NCBI GenBank assembly: GCA_963796115.1 | Contig: CAWCKE010000001.1 | Coordinates: 37,993-101,992 of the forward strand | DNA from: an uncultured Acidimicrobiia bacterium | GTDB taxonomy: Bacteria; Actinomycetota; Acidimicrobiia; Spongiisociales; UBA11373 | Direction: 5' to 3' | Length of the DNA: 64,000 nt | In this document: piece after piece, positions 20,731 through 32,757 of the stretch | How positions within the stretch are numbered: position 1 is the stretch's first letter | Layout of the letters: every line of letters starts with the position of its first letter | Notes under the pieces: model-generated | The model's input: only the letters and a program-made list of their open reading frames with translations | What the model was told of the DNA's origin: nothing | Databases searched by the model: none | Translations under genes and position numbers: made by a program

Positions 20731-23018
20731 CTACGACCTGACCGACTCGGCCCCGAGCACCTGGTCCAGCTCCTCGGGGGAGACGAGCACCGCCCGGGCC
20801 TTCGAGCCCTCGGACGGCCCGACGATGCCCATGTGCTCCAGGATGTCCATCACCCGGCCGGCCCGGGCGAAGCCGATGCGCAGCTTGCGCTGCAGCATGG
20901 AGGTCGAGCCCAGCTGGGAGCGCACCACCATCTCGATGGCCTGGCGCATCACCGCCGGGTCCTCGCCCTCGAACTCGCCGTCGCGTCCTCGCCGCCGCCT
21001 TCGGCGGGCGGCTCGAGCACCTGCCTCCTCGTAGCGGGCGGCCGCCTGCTGGCGCACCCAGTCGACCACCGCGTGGATCTCGGCCTCGCTGATCCAGGCG
21101 CCCTGGATCCGCTCCGGCTTCGGCTCGCGGGCGGTGACCATGATCATGTCGCCCAGGCCGACCAGCTTCTCGGCGCCGACGATGTCGAGGATCACCCGGC
21201 TGTCGGTCTGCGAGGCCACCGAGAAGGCCAGCCGCGAGGGGATGTTGGCCTTGATGACCCCGGTGATCACGTCCACCGACGGCCGCTGGGTGGCGATCAC
21301 CAGGTGGATGCCCACCGCCCGGGCCATCTGGGCGATGCGCACCACCGCCTCCTCCACCGCCCGGCCGGCCACCATCATCAGGTCGTTCAGCTCGTCGATG
21401 ACCACCACGATGAAGGGGAAGCGCTCGAAGCAGCTCCGGGTCGAGGACGCCGGCGTCGTACTTCTCGTGGTAGCCGTCGACGTCGCGCACCTCGGCGTCG
21501 GCGAGCAGGTCGTAGCGGCGTCCATCTCCCGCACCACCCACTGCAGGGCGTCGGCCGCCTTCTTGGGGTTGGTGATCACCCGGGTGAGCAGGTGGGGGAC
21601 GTCGTTGTACTGGCCCAGCTCCACCCGCTTGGGGTCGACCAGGATCAGGCGCACCTGGTCGGGGGTGGTGCGCACCAGGATGCGAGGCGACCAGGGCGTT
21701 GATGCAGGAGGACTTGCCCGCCCCGGTGGCGCCGGCGATGAGCACGTGGGGCAGTTCCGACAGGTTGCAGCATCACCGGCTGGCCCGAGATGTTCATGCC
21801 CAGGCCCACCGCAGAGCGGGTGGGTGGCCTCCTCGGCCTCGGGGCTGCGCAGGATGTCGCCCAGGGTCACCAGGCGGCGGTGCCGGTTGGGGACCTCCAC
21901 CCCGATGGCGCTGCGGCCGGGGATGGGGGCGAGGATGCGGACGTCGGGGGTGGCCAGGGCGTAGGCGATGTCGTGGGACAGGCTGGTCACCCGGGCCACC
22001 TTGACCCCCGGCGGCCAGTTCGATCTCGTAGCGGGTGACGGTGGGGCCGGGCACGATGCGGGTGAGGCGGGCATCCACCCCGTGCTCGGAGCAGGGCGTC
22101 CTCCAGGTCGCGGGCGGTCTCCTCCAGGGTGCGCTTGTCCTGGGCCAGCCTTGGCGCCCCGGGCCGAGCATGTCGAGCGGGGGCTTCTGGTAGCCCGCGG
22201 CCGGCCGGCCGCGCGGCCGGGCCGGCGAGGCCGCGGCGCCTCCGCCTTGCGGTTGGGCGGAGGCGGCCGGCCGGGGCGGGGCGTGGGCCGGCCGCGGCCG
22301 GCACCGCCCGCATCGGCCGTGCCCCTGGGTGCCGGCTCGGCGACCGGCACGACCAGGCGAGGTGACCCGGCGCTGGCGCCGGCGGCGCTCCGGAGGGCGC
22401 CGACCATCCGGTGCCATGCCGGCGGCCACCACCGGCCCATCTCGCGCAGCGTGGTCCGGGTGAGGAGCAGCACACCGAGGGCGATGAGGGCGACCAGGAC
22501 GACCGCGCCCCCCAGAAGCCGATCACCCGCCGCAGCGGGAAGGCGATCAGCGAGCCGACCGCCCCGCCCCGCTGCTTCACCAGGTCCAGGGAGCCGGCCA
22601 GCGACACCGCCCCGGTCATCAGGTGGAAGAGGGCCAGGGAGGCGACGAAGGTGACGCCGAAGCCGGTGGCCAGGCGGCCCGGCTCGCGGTGCGGCGGGGA
22701 GAGGATGAGGGTGACGCCCAGGATCACCAGCACCACGGGCACCACCAGCGTCCACACGCCGAAGAGCAGGCGCAGGCCGGAGTCGACCACGCGACCCGAA
22801 GGGGCCGGCCAGGCCGAAGGCGGCCAGGCCCAGGAGGATGCCGCCGACGAGCAGGAACACGCCCCAGACGTCCTCGGCGTGACGGCCGAAGCCGTTCCGG
22901 AAGCGTCTCCCGCAAGGCCGCCAGCGCGGAGGCCTTCTGCGCGGGCTTCTTCCGTCCTCGCCGAAGTAGCCGCCCTGCCCCGCCCTTTGCCCCGGCGGGC
23001 GGGCTGCCGCTTCGCCAT
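20731..23018 (-). CDS. ftsK: DNA translocase FtsK; N-terminal two-thirds riddled with frame breaks, C-terminal about 240 codons clean
   Basis: The N-terminus from ATG 23018 (MAKRQPARRGKGRG) is followed by TM segments spread over three frames (VWGVFLLVGGILLGLAAFGLAGPFG; LLFGVWTLVVPVVLVILGVTLIL; VVLVALIALGVLLL). The motor domain fragments are VKVARVTSLSHDIAYALATPDVRILAPIPGRSAIGVEVPN; LILVDPKRVELGQYNDVPHLLTRVITNPKKAADAL; FPFIVVVIDELNDLMMVAGRAVEEAVVRIAQMARAVGIHLVIATQRPSVDVITGVIKANIPSRLAFSVASQTDSRVIL. The gamma domain is GSTSMLQRKLRIGFARAGRVMDILE. Confidence 0.9.
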
Positions 23019-23130
23019 GTGGGGGGAACACTACACAACGGGGCCCGCGGGCAAACAACCACCGGGGTATCGAGTGCCGGGTCCCGTGCCTCGCCCCCTC
23101 CGCGCCGGGACTGCGCCCGGCGCGCTCCCC

Positions 23131-23220
23131 TCTCCCGCGTCAGCGGGAGAGGGCGGGGGGTGAGGGCTTCCTTGGCCTCCCGCGCCAGCGGGAGAGGGCG
23201 GGGGGTGAGGGCTTCCTCCG
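23131..23220. repeat. Intergenic tandem direct repeat, 2 x 45 bp, each unit containing a GC-rich hairpin
   Basis: Units 23131-23175 and 23176-23220 match at 41/45 positions, including an identical 32-mer CAGCGGGAGAGGGCGGGGGGTGAGGGCTTCCT. Unit 1 forms an 11-bp stem (23128-23138 / 23143-23153, loop GTCA). Unit 2 forms a 7-bp stem. The repeat lies between the rnj stop (23239) and the ftsK start (23018). Confidence 0.85.
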
Positions 23221-23238
23221 TCGCCGCGGAGAAGGCGA

Positions 23239-24872
23239 TCACACCTCGAGCACGATGGGGATCACCACCGCCTTGCGGGACTTCTCCGCCCGGGTCACCC
23301 GGTTGACGGCGGCGCGGACGTGCTGGCGCATCGTCTCCAGATCGGGGGGCCGCCCTTCCAGCAAGCGGAGTTCGGTGGACACCGCCTCCGCCGCACGGGC
23401 CAGCACCGGCGCCGGTTCGCCGACGAAGCCGTGGCTCTGGACGTCGGGCCCCTGCACCACCTGCCCGGTGGCCGCGTCCACCCCCACCACCACCACGATG
23501 ACCCCATCCTCGCCCAGACGGCGGCGGTCGCGGATGACGCCCCCCACCCCTTCCACCTCGAGGCCGTCCACGAATACCAGACGCCCCGGCACCGCCCGGC
23601 GCTCCACCCGGGTCTCCGTCCCGTCGAGCACCACCCGGTCGCCGTCCTCGCAGACCAGCACCTCGGGCACCCCCATCTGACGGGCGAGGGCGGCGTGAGC
23701 GCTCAGGTGGCGGTACTCGCCGTGAATGGGGACGAAGGCCTGCGGGCGCACGACGTTGAGGAAGGTCCGCAGCTCGTCCTGGGCGCCGTGCCCGGAGACG
23801 TGGATGGGGGCGTTGTCGCCGTGGAAGACCCGGGCGCCCAGGCGCAGGAGGCCGTTGATCACCCGCGACATGCGCATCTCGTTGCCGGGGATCGCCCGGG
23901 CGGAGATCAGCACCGTGTCGCCCTCCTCGATCTTCACCCAGCGGTGGTCGCCGGCGGCCATCAGCGAGAGGGCGGCGAAGGGCTCCCCCTGCGAACCGGT
24001 GCAGACCACGGCGGTCTTCTCCGGGGGCTGGGTCAGCGACCTCCTCGATGGGGATCACCGCGTCGGGGGGCAGCTTGATCAGCCCCCAGCGCCTCGCCGA
24101 TGGCGACGTTGCGCTGCATCGAGCGGCCCAGGAAGGCCACGTAGCGGCCGGCGTCGGCGGCGGCCTCCACGATCTGCTGCACCCGGTGCAGGTGGCTGGA
24201 GAAGCAGGCGGCGATCAGCCGCCCGCGGCTCTCCACCACCAGCTCGTAGAGCGACCGCGCCAGGCTCGACTCGCTGGGGATGAAGCCCGGCTCCTCGGCG
24301 TTGGTGCTGTCGGCGAGCAGCAGGCGCACCCCCTGCCGCCCCAGAGCGGCGAACTCGGGAAGGTCGGTGGGCACGGCGTCGATGGGGGTGGGGTCGAGCT
24401 TGAAGTCGCCGCTGTGCACCACCAGCCCTTCCGGGGTGTCGAAGGCGATCCCCGCGCCCTGCGGAATGCTGTGGGAGACGGGGACCAGCAGGAAGCGGAA
24501 GGGCCCGTGCTGCACCCACTGCCCGGTGGCGACCGGCCGCAGGTCGGCGGTCAGGCCCGCTTCCTCGATGCGGCTGCGGGCCAGCTCGACGGTCAGAGGA
24601 GTGCCGTAGACGGGGACCGCGATCTCGGCCAGCAGGTAGCCCAGGGCGCCCACGTGGTCCTCGTGCCCGTGGGTGAGCACCACGCATTCCAGGTCCGCCC
24701 GCCGCTCGAGCACCGAGGTGAAGTCGGGCAGCACCAGGTCCACGCCGAGCATGCCCTCCTCGGGGAACATCAGCCCGCAGTCGACCAGGGCCAGGCGGCC
24801 CTCCACCTCCAGGGCGGTGCAGTTGCGCCCGACCTCGCCGAGCCCACCGAGGAAGGAGAGGGCGACGCTCAT
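23239..24872 (-). CDS. rnj: Ribonuclease J; two frame breaks (about 24085 and 24040)
   Basis: The ATG at 24872 overlaps the dapA stop. The sequence reads MSVALSFLGGLGEVGRNCTALEVEGRLALVDCGLMFP...VVLTHGHEDHVGALGYLL (metallo-beta-lactamase HxHxDH) ...HSGDFKLDPTPID...LLLADSTNAEEPGF. After the slips it continues TAVVCTGSQGEPFAALSLMAAGDHRWVKIEEGDTVLISARAIPGNE...IHVSGHGAQDELRTFLNVVRPQAFVPIHGEYRHL...*. Confidence 0.9.
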
Positions 24873-25754
24873 GCCTGCTGGGCCACCACCAGGGCCTCCT
24901 TGACCGCCTCGACCGTGGCGGCCGAGGCCCGCACCAGCGGGAGCCGGGGATCGCCAACCGGCGCCCACAACTCGTCCATGGCCGCTTTCACCGGCGTCGG
25001 GTTGGGCTCCAGGAACAGGGCCCGGCAGAGCGGGCCCAGGGCCCGGTGGAGGCGCTGCGCCTCGGCCAGGTCGCCGGAGAGCGACCGCCGCCACCATCCG
25101 CTGCACCTGCCGGCCGGCCAGGTGCGCGGCCACCGAAACCACCCCCACCCCGCCCACCGCCATGATCGGCAGGGTGTTGACGTCGTCGCCCGAGTAGACG
25201 GCGAGACCGTCGCCGACGGCGGCGACGGTCTCGGTGGTGAAGGCGAGGTCCCCTACCGCGTCCTTGACGGCCACGATGCGCGGGTGGGCGGCCAGGCGGG
25301 CCAGCGTGTCCACCTCGATGCGCCGGCCGGTGCGGGCGGGGATGTTGTAGAGCATCACCGGCAGGGCGGAGACCTCGGCGATGGCCTGGAAGTGGGCCAG
25401 CAGCCCCGCCTGGGAAGGCCGGTTGTAGTAGGGCGTCACCGCCAGCACCCCGTGGCAGCCCACCGCCTCGGCCCGCCGGGTCATCTCGACCGAGTGGGCG
25501 GTGTCGTTGGTGCCGGTGCCGGCCACGACCCGGGCCCGTCCCCCCACCGCCTCGACCACGGTGCCGAACAGCGCGACCTTCTCCTCGTCGGAGAGAGTGG
25601 GCGACTCGCCGGTGGTCCCGGCCACCACGATGCCGTCGCTGCCGGTCTCCACCAGATGGTGGGCCAGGTCCCACACCCGGCCGTGATCCACCGCCCCGTC
25701 CGGCCCGAACGGGGTGATCATGGCGGTCAGCAGGTGGCCGAAGGGAGCGGCCAT
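24869..25754 (-). CDS. dapA: 4-hydroxy-tetrahydrodipicolinate synthase; one frame break near 25085
   Basis: The sequence reads MAAPFGHLLTAMITPFGPDGAVDHGRVWDLAHHLVETGSDGIVVAGTTGESPTLSDEEKVALF...VVAGTGTNDTAHSVEMTRRAEAVGCHGVLAVTPYYNRPSQAGLLAHFQAIAE...PVMLYNIPARTG...IVAVKDA. The C-terminus (LAEAQRLHRALGPLCRALFLEPNPTPVKAAMDELW...VVAQQA*) is in the adjacent frame. Confidence 0.9.
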
Positions 25755-25852
25755 GGTTCCTCCCGAGATCGTCATCGCAGGACGGTAGCATCGGCCCCCG
25801 TCGTGTCCCCGGCGGGAATGATCCGCCGCCGGGCCCGTGTTCTCACATCCGT

Positions 25853-27457
<1,605 letters not shown>

Positions 27458-27461
<4 letters not shown>

Positions 27462-28708
27462 TGCACGAACTGCTCCAGATCGGCCCCGGAGAACGGGCCC
27501 ACCGCCCCCAGCACCTGCGGGGAGGAGAAGACTTCCTCGGCGACTCCGTGGACATCGGCCCGGGTGACGGCGTCGATGGCGGCCACCGTCTCGTCGAGCG
27601 AGAGGTGGGGCACCCCGGTCAGCTCGTGGCGGCCGAGGCGCACCATCCGGCTGTTGGTCTCCTCCATGGAGAGGGCCAGCGATCCCTTCATGTTGCCCTG
27701 GGCCCGCTCCAGCTCGTCGCCGGTGATGCCCTCCGCTGCCAGCTTCGTCAGGGTCTCCCTCACCATCCCGAGCACCTCAGCGGTCTGGCGCGGGGTAGTG
27801 CCGACGTACACCCCGTAGGCGCCCGAGTCGGCGTAGGGCATGCGGAAGGAGTAGACGGCATAGGCCAGGCCCCGCTCCTCGCGGATCTCGCGGAACAGCC
27901 GCGACGACATGCCGGCGCCCAGCACGTGGTTGAGCAGGCCGAAGGCGAAACGGCGGTCGTCGCCGCGAGTGAGGGCCTCACCCCCGAAGACCAGGTGAGC
28001 CTGCTCGGTGTCGCGGGTCTTCACCTCGACCCGGGGGACGATGGCCGGGCCCCGGTACTCGTGGCCCACCGGCGGCCCCTGCCACGGGCCGAAGTGTTCC
28101 TCCGCCAGCTCCAGCACCCGCTCGTGCTCGACGTGGCCGGCGGCGGCCAACACCGTGGCCGCCGGCTGGTAGCGGCGGCCCCAGTAGGAGAGGATCGCCT
28201 CGCGCGGCATGCCCCCGATCGACTCGCGGGTGCCCAGCACCGGCAGGGCCAGGCAGTGCTCCCCCCATAGCGCCCGGGCGAACTGGTCGTGGGCGACGTC
28301 GCCGGGGTCGTCCTCGTTCATGTTGATCTCCTCGAGGACGACGTTGGCCTCCGACGCTATGTCCTCCAGGCGAAAGGCGGGCCGCAGCAGCATCTCGGCC
28401 AGCAGCTCCATGCCCATGGGAAGGTCGTCGTCGCGCAGCTGCGCCCAGAAGCAGGTGTACTCCTTGGAGGTGAAGGCGTTCGACCGGGCGCCCACCGAGT
28501 CGAAGGCCCGGGCGATGTCCTGCGCGGTGAAGCGCTCCGAGCCCTTGAAGAGCAGGTGCTCGAGGAAGTGGGAGCAGCCCGCCTCGGCAGGCGCCTCGTC
28601 CCGGCTGCCGGTGTCCACCCAGCAGCCCACCGCCACCGAGCGCACCGAGGGCATGGTCTCGGTGATCACCCGCAGGCCGTTGGGGAGAGTGGTGAGGCGG
28701 TGCTCCAT
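27458..28708 (-). CDS. M16-family zinc metallopeptidase (pitrilysin/PepR-like)
   Basis: The 416-aa ORF is intact. It reads MEHRLTTLPNGLRVITETMPSVRSVAVGCWVDTGSRDE...GCSHFLEHLLFKGSERF, with the inverted zinc motif HxxEH, followed by ...EEINMNEDDP. Confidence 0.85.
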
Positions 28709-28720
28709 GGCCAGTTGATG

Positions 28721-29599
28721 TTAGGGGCGAGCGCTCGGCGACCCCGGATCCCGGGCCATCCAGTCGTGGACCGCCTCGGCCACCAGCGCGGGCGCGTCGT
28801 GCGGGAGCCAGTGGCCCAGGCCCGGCAGGATCCGCTCGTCGTACTCGGCGGCCACGAAGTCCCCGGAGCCCCGGGCGGCCCCCGGGACGAAGGCGACGTC
28901 CTCCTCCCCCTGCAAGTAGCGGACCGGGAAACGCACCGGCGGCAGCCGCAGCGGGTGGTCCGGGTTGAACAGGTCGGGGCGGTAGTTGGCCCGGTACCAG
29001 CCCCCCATAGCGTGGAAGCGGCCCGGCTCCGACCATTGCGCCCGGTAGCCCTCGATGAGCTCCGCCGGCACGGCCGATCCGGCAAAGGCCCACTCGGCGA
29101 GGCGGCGGAAGCGATCGGCGGCCAGGAGGGCTTCGCCGGAGTCCCCGGCGTGGAGGAGCCAGACGTAGAAGGCCCGCCGCAGCTGGACGGGGTCGGCGAT
29201 GCCCGCCCTCTGGAGATGCTGCGGGTGGGGGGCGGACAGCACCACCGCCCTGCTGAAGCGCTCCGGGGCGAAGGCGCCGGCGCTCCAGGCGAGAGCGCCG
29301 CCCACGTCGTGGCCGACGATCCCCGCCCGCTCGATGCCGAAGTGGTCGAGCAGGCCGAGCAGGTCGCCGAGCAGAGCCGGCATGGAGTAGTCGGCGGTCG
29401 CCTCCGGCATGGCCGAGCGGCCGAAGCCCCGCTGGTCGGGCATGAGCAAGTGGTACCGATCGGCCAAGAGCGGGGCCACCGACCGCCAGCACCGATGATC
29501 CTCGGGCCACCCGTGCAGCAGTACCAGCGGCGGCGCGCCCTGGCGGCCCACCGTGCTCACGTGCAGCTCCACCCCGGCCGGAGAGACGCGGGTCTCCAT
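28721..29599 (-). CDS. Alpha/beta hydrolase, epoxide-hydrolase-like
   Basis: The 292-aa ORF is intact. It has LVLLHGWPEDHRCW (HGWP oxyanion motif), MPDQRGFGRS, and GIVGHDVGGALAW (Asp nucleophile elbow). Confidence 0.7.
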   Translation of the reverse strand: METRVSPAGVELHVSTVGRQGAPPLVLLHGWPEDHRCWRSVAPLLADRYHLLMPDQRGFGRSAMPEATADYSMPALLGDLLGLLDHFGIERAGIVGHDVGGALAWSAGAFAPERFSRAVVLSAPHPQHLQRAGIADPVQLRRAFYVWLLHAGDSGEALLAADRFRRLAEWAFAGSAVPAELIEGYRAQWSEPGRFHAMGGWYRANYRPDLFNPDHPLRLPPVRFPVRYLQGEEDVAFVPGAARGSGDFVAAEYDERILPGLGHWLPHDAPALVAEAVHDWMARDPGSPSARP

Positions 29600-29677
29600 G
29601 TGCGGACGCTAACAAGCCGGGCCGCCGGCCGCCCGCCGTGGCCCGCCGGCGATCGCGGCGTGAGAGAATGAGGGGCT

Positions 29678-31775
29678 ATGCCGCGGGAGTCCATGCTCAC
29701 CGAGATCCTGCCGCCGGAGGAGCGGGCCATCGAGGCCGTCGTCGCCCGCTACCAACGGGTGGCCCCGGCGGTCACCCGCTTCGCCCGGTCGCTGTCGGGC
29801 AACGACAGCCTGCGGATCCGCCTCGGGTCCCAGGCTGCCGCCTCCCCGGCGGAGATCGTGGTCGATCCGGGCGTCTTCCAGGCGGCCTACGCCCGCCAGG
29901 CCCCGGTCACCCCGGCCGAGGTCGCCCTCGCCTCCGCGCTGCACGAAGTGGTCCACCTCACGGCCACCAACTTCGAGGAGCGGCGGCCCCTGCCGCCGGA
30001 GTGGTTCCCCGATCTGGACGAGCCGCTGCCCGAGGACCCGGTGCCCCTGCTCGATGCCCTCGACCGGGCGGGAGGGCCCGCCGCCGAGGCCATGTTCCTG
30101 GCCGTGGAGGACGCCCGCCAGGAGGCACAGAACCTGGCCGTCTACCCGGGCGCCCGCTCGGTGCTGGCCGACCTGTACACCGCCGCCGTGCCCGCCGCCC
30201 TGGGCAGGGCCCGGCCCATGGGCCAGTTCGCCCTCGCCTGCTTCCTGGCGGTGAGCGGCCACCAGGACGCCGACGACGTGGCCCACCGCACCGATCCTCG
30301 GGTCGCCGCCGCCCTGGCCGACGCCGCCGACGTGCTCGTGCCAGGCTGCCGCGGCTCCCGGGCCCTGGGAGACGGCGACCGCCGCCCTGCGCCTGCTGGC
30401 GGTGGCCCGCTACCACGGCCTGCTCAGGCAGGCCTCGCCCACCGAGACCGCCCAGGGGCGCCGGGCTCGGGACGCCGCCGAAGGGGAGGAGATCACCTCC
30501 GGGGTGGATGCGGTGCGCATCGTCACGCCGGTGCTGCGCGACGCCGCCTCGTACGAGAGCACCCGGCGGGCGGCCCTGGCGGTCGAGGCGCAGGCCGGCC
30601 GGCCCGGGGAGACCCGCACCGCCGGCGACCCGGCCACCGACCAGATCCTCCGGGTCAGCGAAGCACCCGAGGTGTACCTGCCCACCGGCCAGGGGGGCCG
30701 GCTGATCGTGGGGCCTCTTCCCGACCGCTTCCGGCTCTTCGCCCCCCAGGGGCACGAGGCCCTCGGCACCGCCGCCCTTCGCTGGGCGGTGGCGCAGCGC
30801 CACGTGTCCGGGGAGCTCTACCCGCTCTTCGCCGCCAACCAGCGGCGCGGCCTGCGCTCCGGATTCGACGCCGGCGACCTCTCCCCCTACGCCGCCCTGC
30901 TCCTGGGAGCCGGCCTCTACGAGCGCATGTTCGAGCGGCGCGACCTGCCCACGCGGCGGGCCTACGCGGTGAGCCTGCTGGTGGACGGCTCCGCCAGCAT
31001 GCTCCAGCCCCGCCTGCTGCCCGGCAACCACAAGACCGCCTGGCCCATGGCGGCGGCCACCCTGGGCGCCTGGACCCTGGCCCAGCTCTGCGACGAGCTG
31101 CAGATCGAGTTCGAGGTGGCGTTGTTCAACCGCGCCTTCGCCGCCCGGCCCGACGACACCGAGGCCTCCTTCACCGAGCGCCTGTATGCCACCCAGGGGG
31201 CCCTGCGGCGCCGGCACGGCAGCAACGCCGACCGCCTCACCCGGACGGTCAACCACTACCTGGTCAAGGCCTTCGACCAACGCTGGCAGGCGGCCGAGGG
31301 CCACCTGGCCGGGCTCTTCTGGACCGCGGCCCATCCCGCCGCCGCGGCCGCCGAGGCGCGTCGCGCCCCCCTGGAGGCGCCCCCGGTGTCGATGTTCGAG
31401 AAGGCCGCCAACGTGGACGAGTTCAACGTGACCCATGCCGCCGAGCGCCTCGCCCGGCGCAACGCCCAGGTGCGCCTGCTCGTCACCCTGGCCGACGGGA
31501 TGACCCGGGGGTCGGTGGAGGCCCTCGCGGCGGCGGTGGACGCCGCTGAGTCGTCCGGCACCCTGGTGCTCGGCATCGGCATCGGGGACAACACGGTGGC
31601 GGCCGCCTACTCCCGCCACCAGGTGGTCGAGCGCCCCGACATCCTGGCCAAGGCCATGGTGGAGGGTGTCCGCAGCGCTCTGCGGCGGAGCATCGCCCTG
31701 CACGGGGGGACGACGTGGTGGGTCCAGCAGAGCCGTCTCTACGATGATCCGACAGTGAGGAGAGCCAGTGCCTGA
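29678..31775 (+). CDS. Large protein with an N-terminal HExxH (putative metallopeptidase-like) region and a C-terminal von Willebrand A domain (CobT/DUF2201-like); one apparent 1-nt insertion near 30341
   Basis: From ATG 29678 the sequence reads MPRESMLTEILPPEERAIEAVV...EVALASALHEVVHLTATNFEE (HExxH). After the slip at GTGCCAGG it continues QAAAAPGPWETATAALRLLAVARYHGLL...AYAVSLLVDGSASM (MIDAS DxSxS) ...LLVTLADGMTRGS...LVLGIGIGDN. Length is 2098 nt (3n+1). The stop overlaps the downstream AAA gene start by 8 nt. Confidence 0.7.
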
Positions 31776-32757
31776 CAAGGTGACATTCGTCGACCCCACC
31801 GGGGAGGGGCCCCCGGTGGAGATCGAGACAGCGGTGATCCCACGGGGGCTCCCCGATTACGAGCAGCGCGCCGGCAAGATCCCCCGGCCGGATCCGAACT
31901 ACGTGGACCTGGGGATGCTCTACAAGCTGGCCCTGCTGGAGAGGGCACGCCGCGATCATGTGGCCGAGACTCCCCTGCACGTCGCCCTGCGCGGCCACAT
32001 GGGCACCGGCAAGGACCACGACCTGGAGCAGTTCGCCGCCCAACTCCGCCTGCCCTACTACCGCATCCCCCTCACCGGGGAAGTGCGCGACATCACCTTG
32101 ATCGGCTCCGTCAAGCTGTACGGCGACGGCCGGGGCGGCACCGAGAGCCGCTGGGAAGACGGCGACATCACCCGGGCGCTGCGCGGGCCGGCCCTCATCA
32201 GCATGTCCGAACTCAATGCCGCCGGGGCCGAGACCCTGTTCGCCCTGCACGGCCTCCTCGACCGCTACCAGGCCCTCGACCTGCCCACCGGTGAAACGGT
32301 GCACCTGCGCCCCGACATCCGGCTCTGCGGCACACTCAACCCCACCGACCTGCGCGACTACGCCGGGACCCAGACCCTCAACAAGGCCTTCGCCGACCGC
32401 TGGGTCATCTGGGAGAAGCCCTTCCCCACCGGCGACCAGATCGAGAAGATGCTCACCCGCCGCTACCCCAACCTGAAGGACCCTTTCGTCACCACCATCG
32501 CCCGCCTCGCCTTCGAGGTCAACCAGTCCTTCACCGCCGCCGACGCCCGCACCAGGGTGAGCACCCCCATGAGCCTGCGCACGGTGCTCGACCGCATCCC
32601 CGCCGGCCTGTGGATGTACGCGTCGGCCGCCGACCCGCTGCGCCGGGCCTGGGAGGAGTTCGTCCTCCAGCACATCGACCCCTACGACGTGGACCACTAC
32701 GAGACGGTGTGGAGCGCGGTGGCCCGCCGCGGCCCGGCCGGGCCGCCCTTCACCTAG
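31768..32757 (+). CDS. AAA+ ATPase of the CobS/MoxR (AAA_5) type with degenerate Walker motifs
   Basis: The 329-aa ORF is intact. HVALRGHMGTGKDHDLEQFAAQLRLPYYRIPL is a Walker A with GTGKD in place of GKS/T. PALISMSELNAAGAETLFALHGLLD is a Walker B with SE in place of DE. IRLCGTLNPTDLRDYAGTQTLNKAFADRWVIW is also present. From memory, the order of motifs parallels cobaltochelatase CobS. Confidence 0.7.
   Translation: MPDKVTFVDPTGEGPPVEIETAVIPRGLPDYEQRAGKIPRPDPNYVDLGMLYKLALLERARRDHVAETPLHVALRGHMGTGKDHDLEQFAAQLRLPYYRIPLTGEVRDITLIGSVKLYGDGRGGTESRWEDGDITRALRGPALISMSELNAAGAETLFALHGLLDRYQALDLPTGETVHLRPDIRLCGTLNPTDLRDYAGTQTLNKAFADRWVIWEKPFPTGDQIEKMLTRRYPNLKDPFVTTIARLAFEVNQSFTAADARTRVSTPMSLRTVLDRIPAGLWMYASAADPLRRAWEEFVLQHIDPYDVDHYETVWSAVARRGPAGPPFT

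Noticed and set aside
19394-21745. A 783-aa minus-strand ORF, plus similar long ORFs at 31483-33711 (-), 33885-35660 (-), 34406-37057 (+), 53159-55168 (+) and 8139-9836 (-).
   Set aside because: They are antisense or out-of-frame relative to genes with clear motifs (hisN, ftsK, AAA/EamA, LOG, the ABC transporter, lexA). Their compositions are dominated by R, P, G, A and H. Where they contain real segments (the rimO N-terminus, the HAD C-terminus, nrdR/LysM pieces), those have been assigned to the proper genes.
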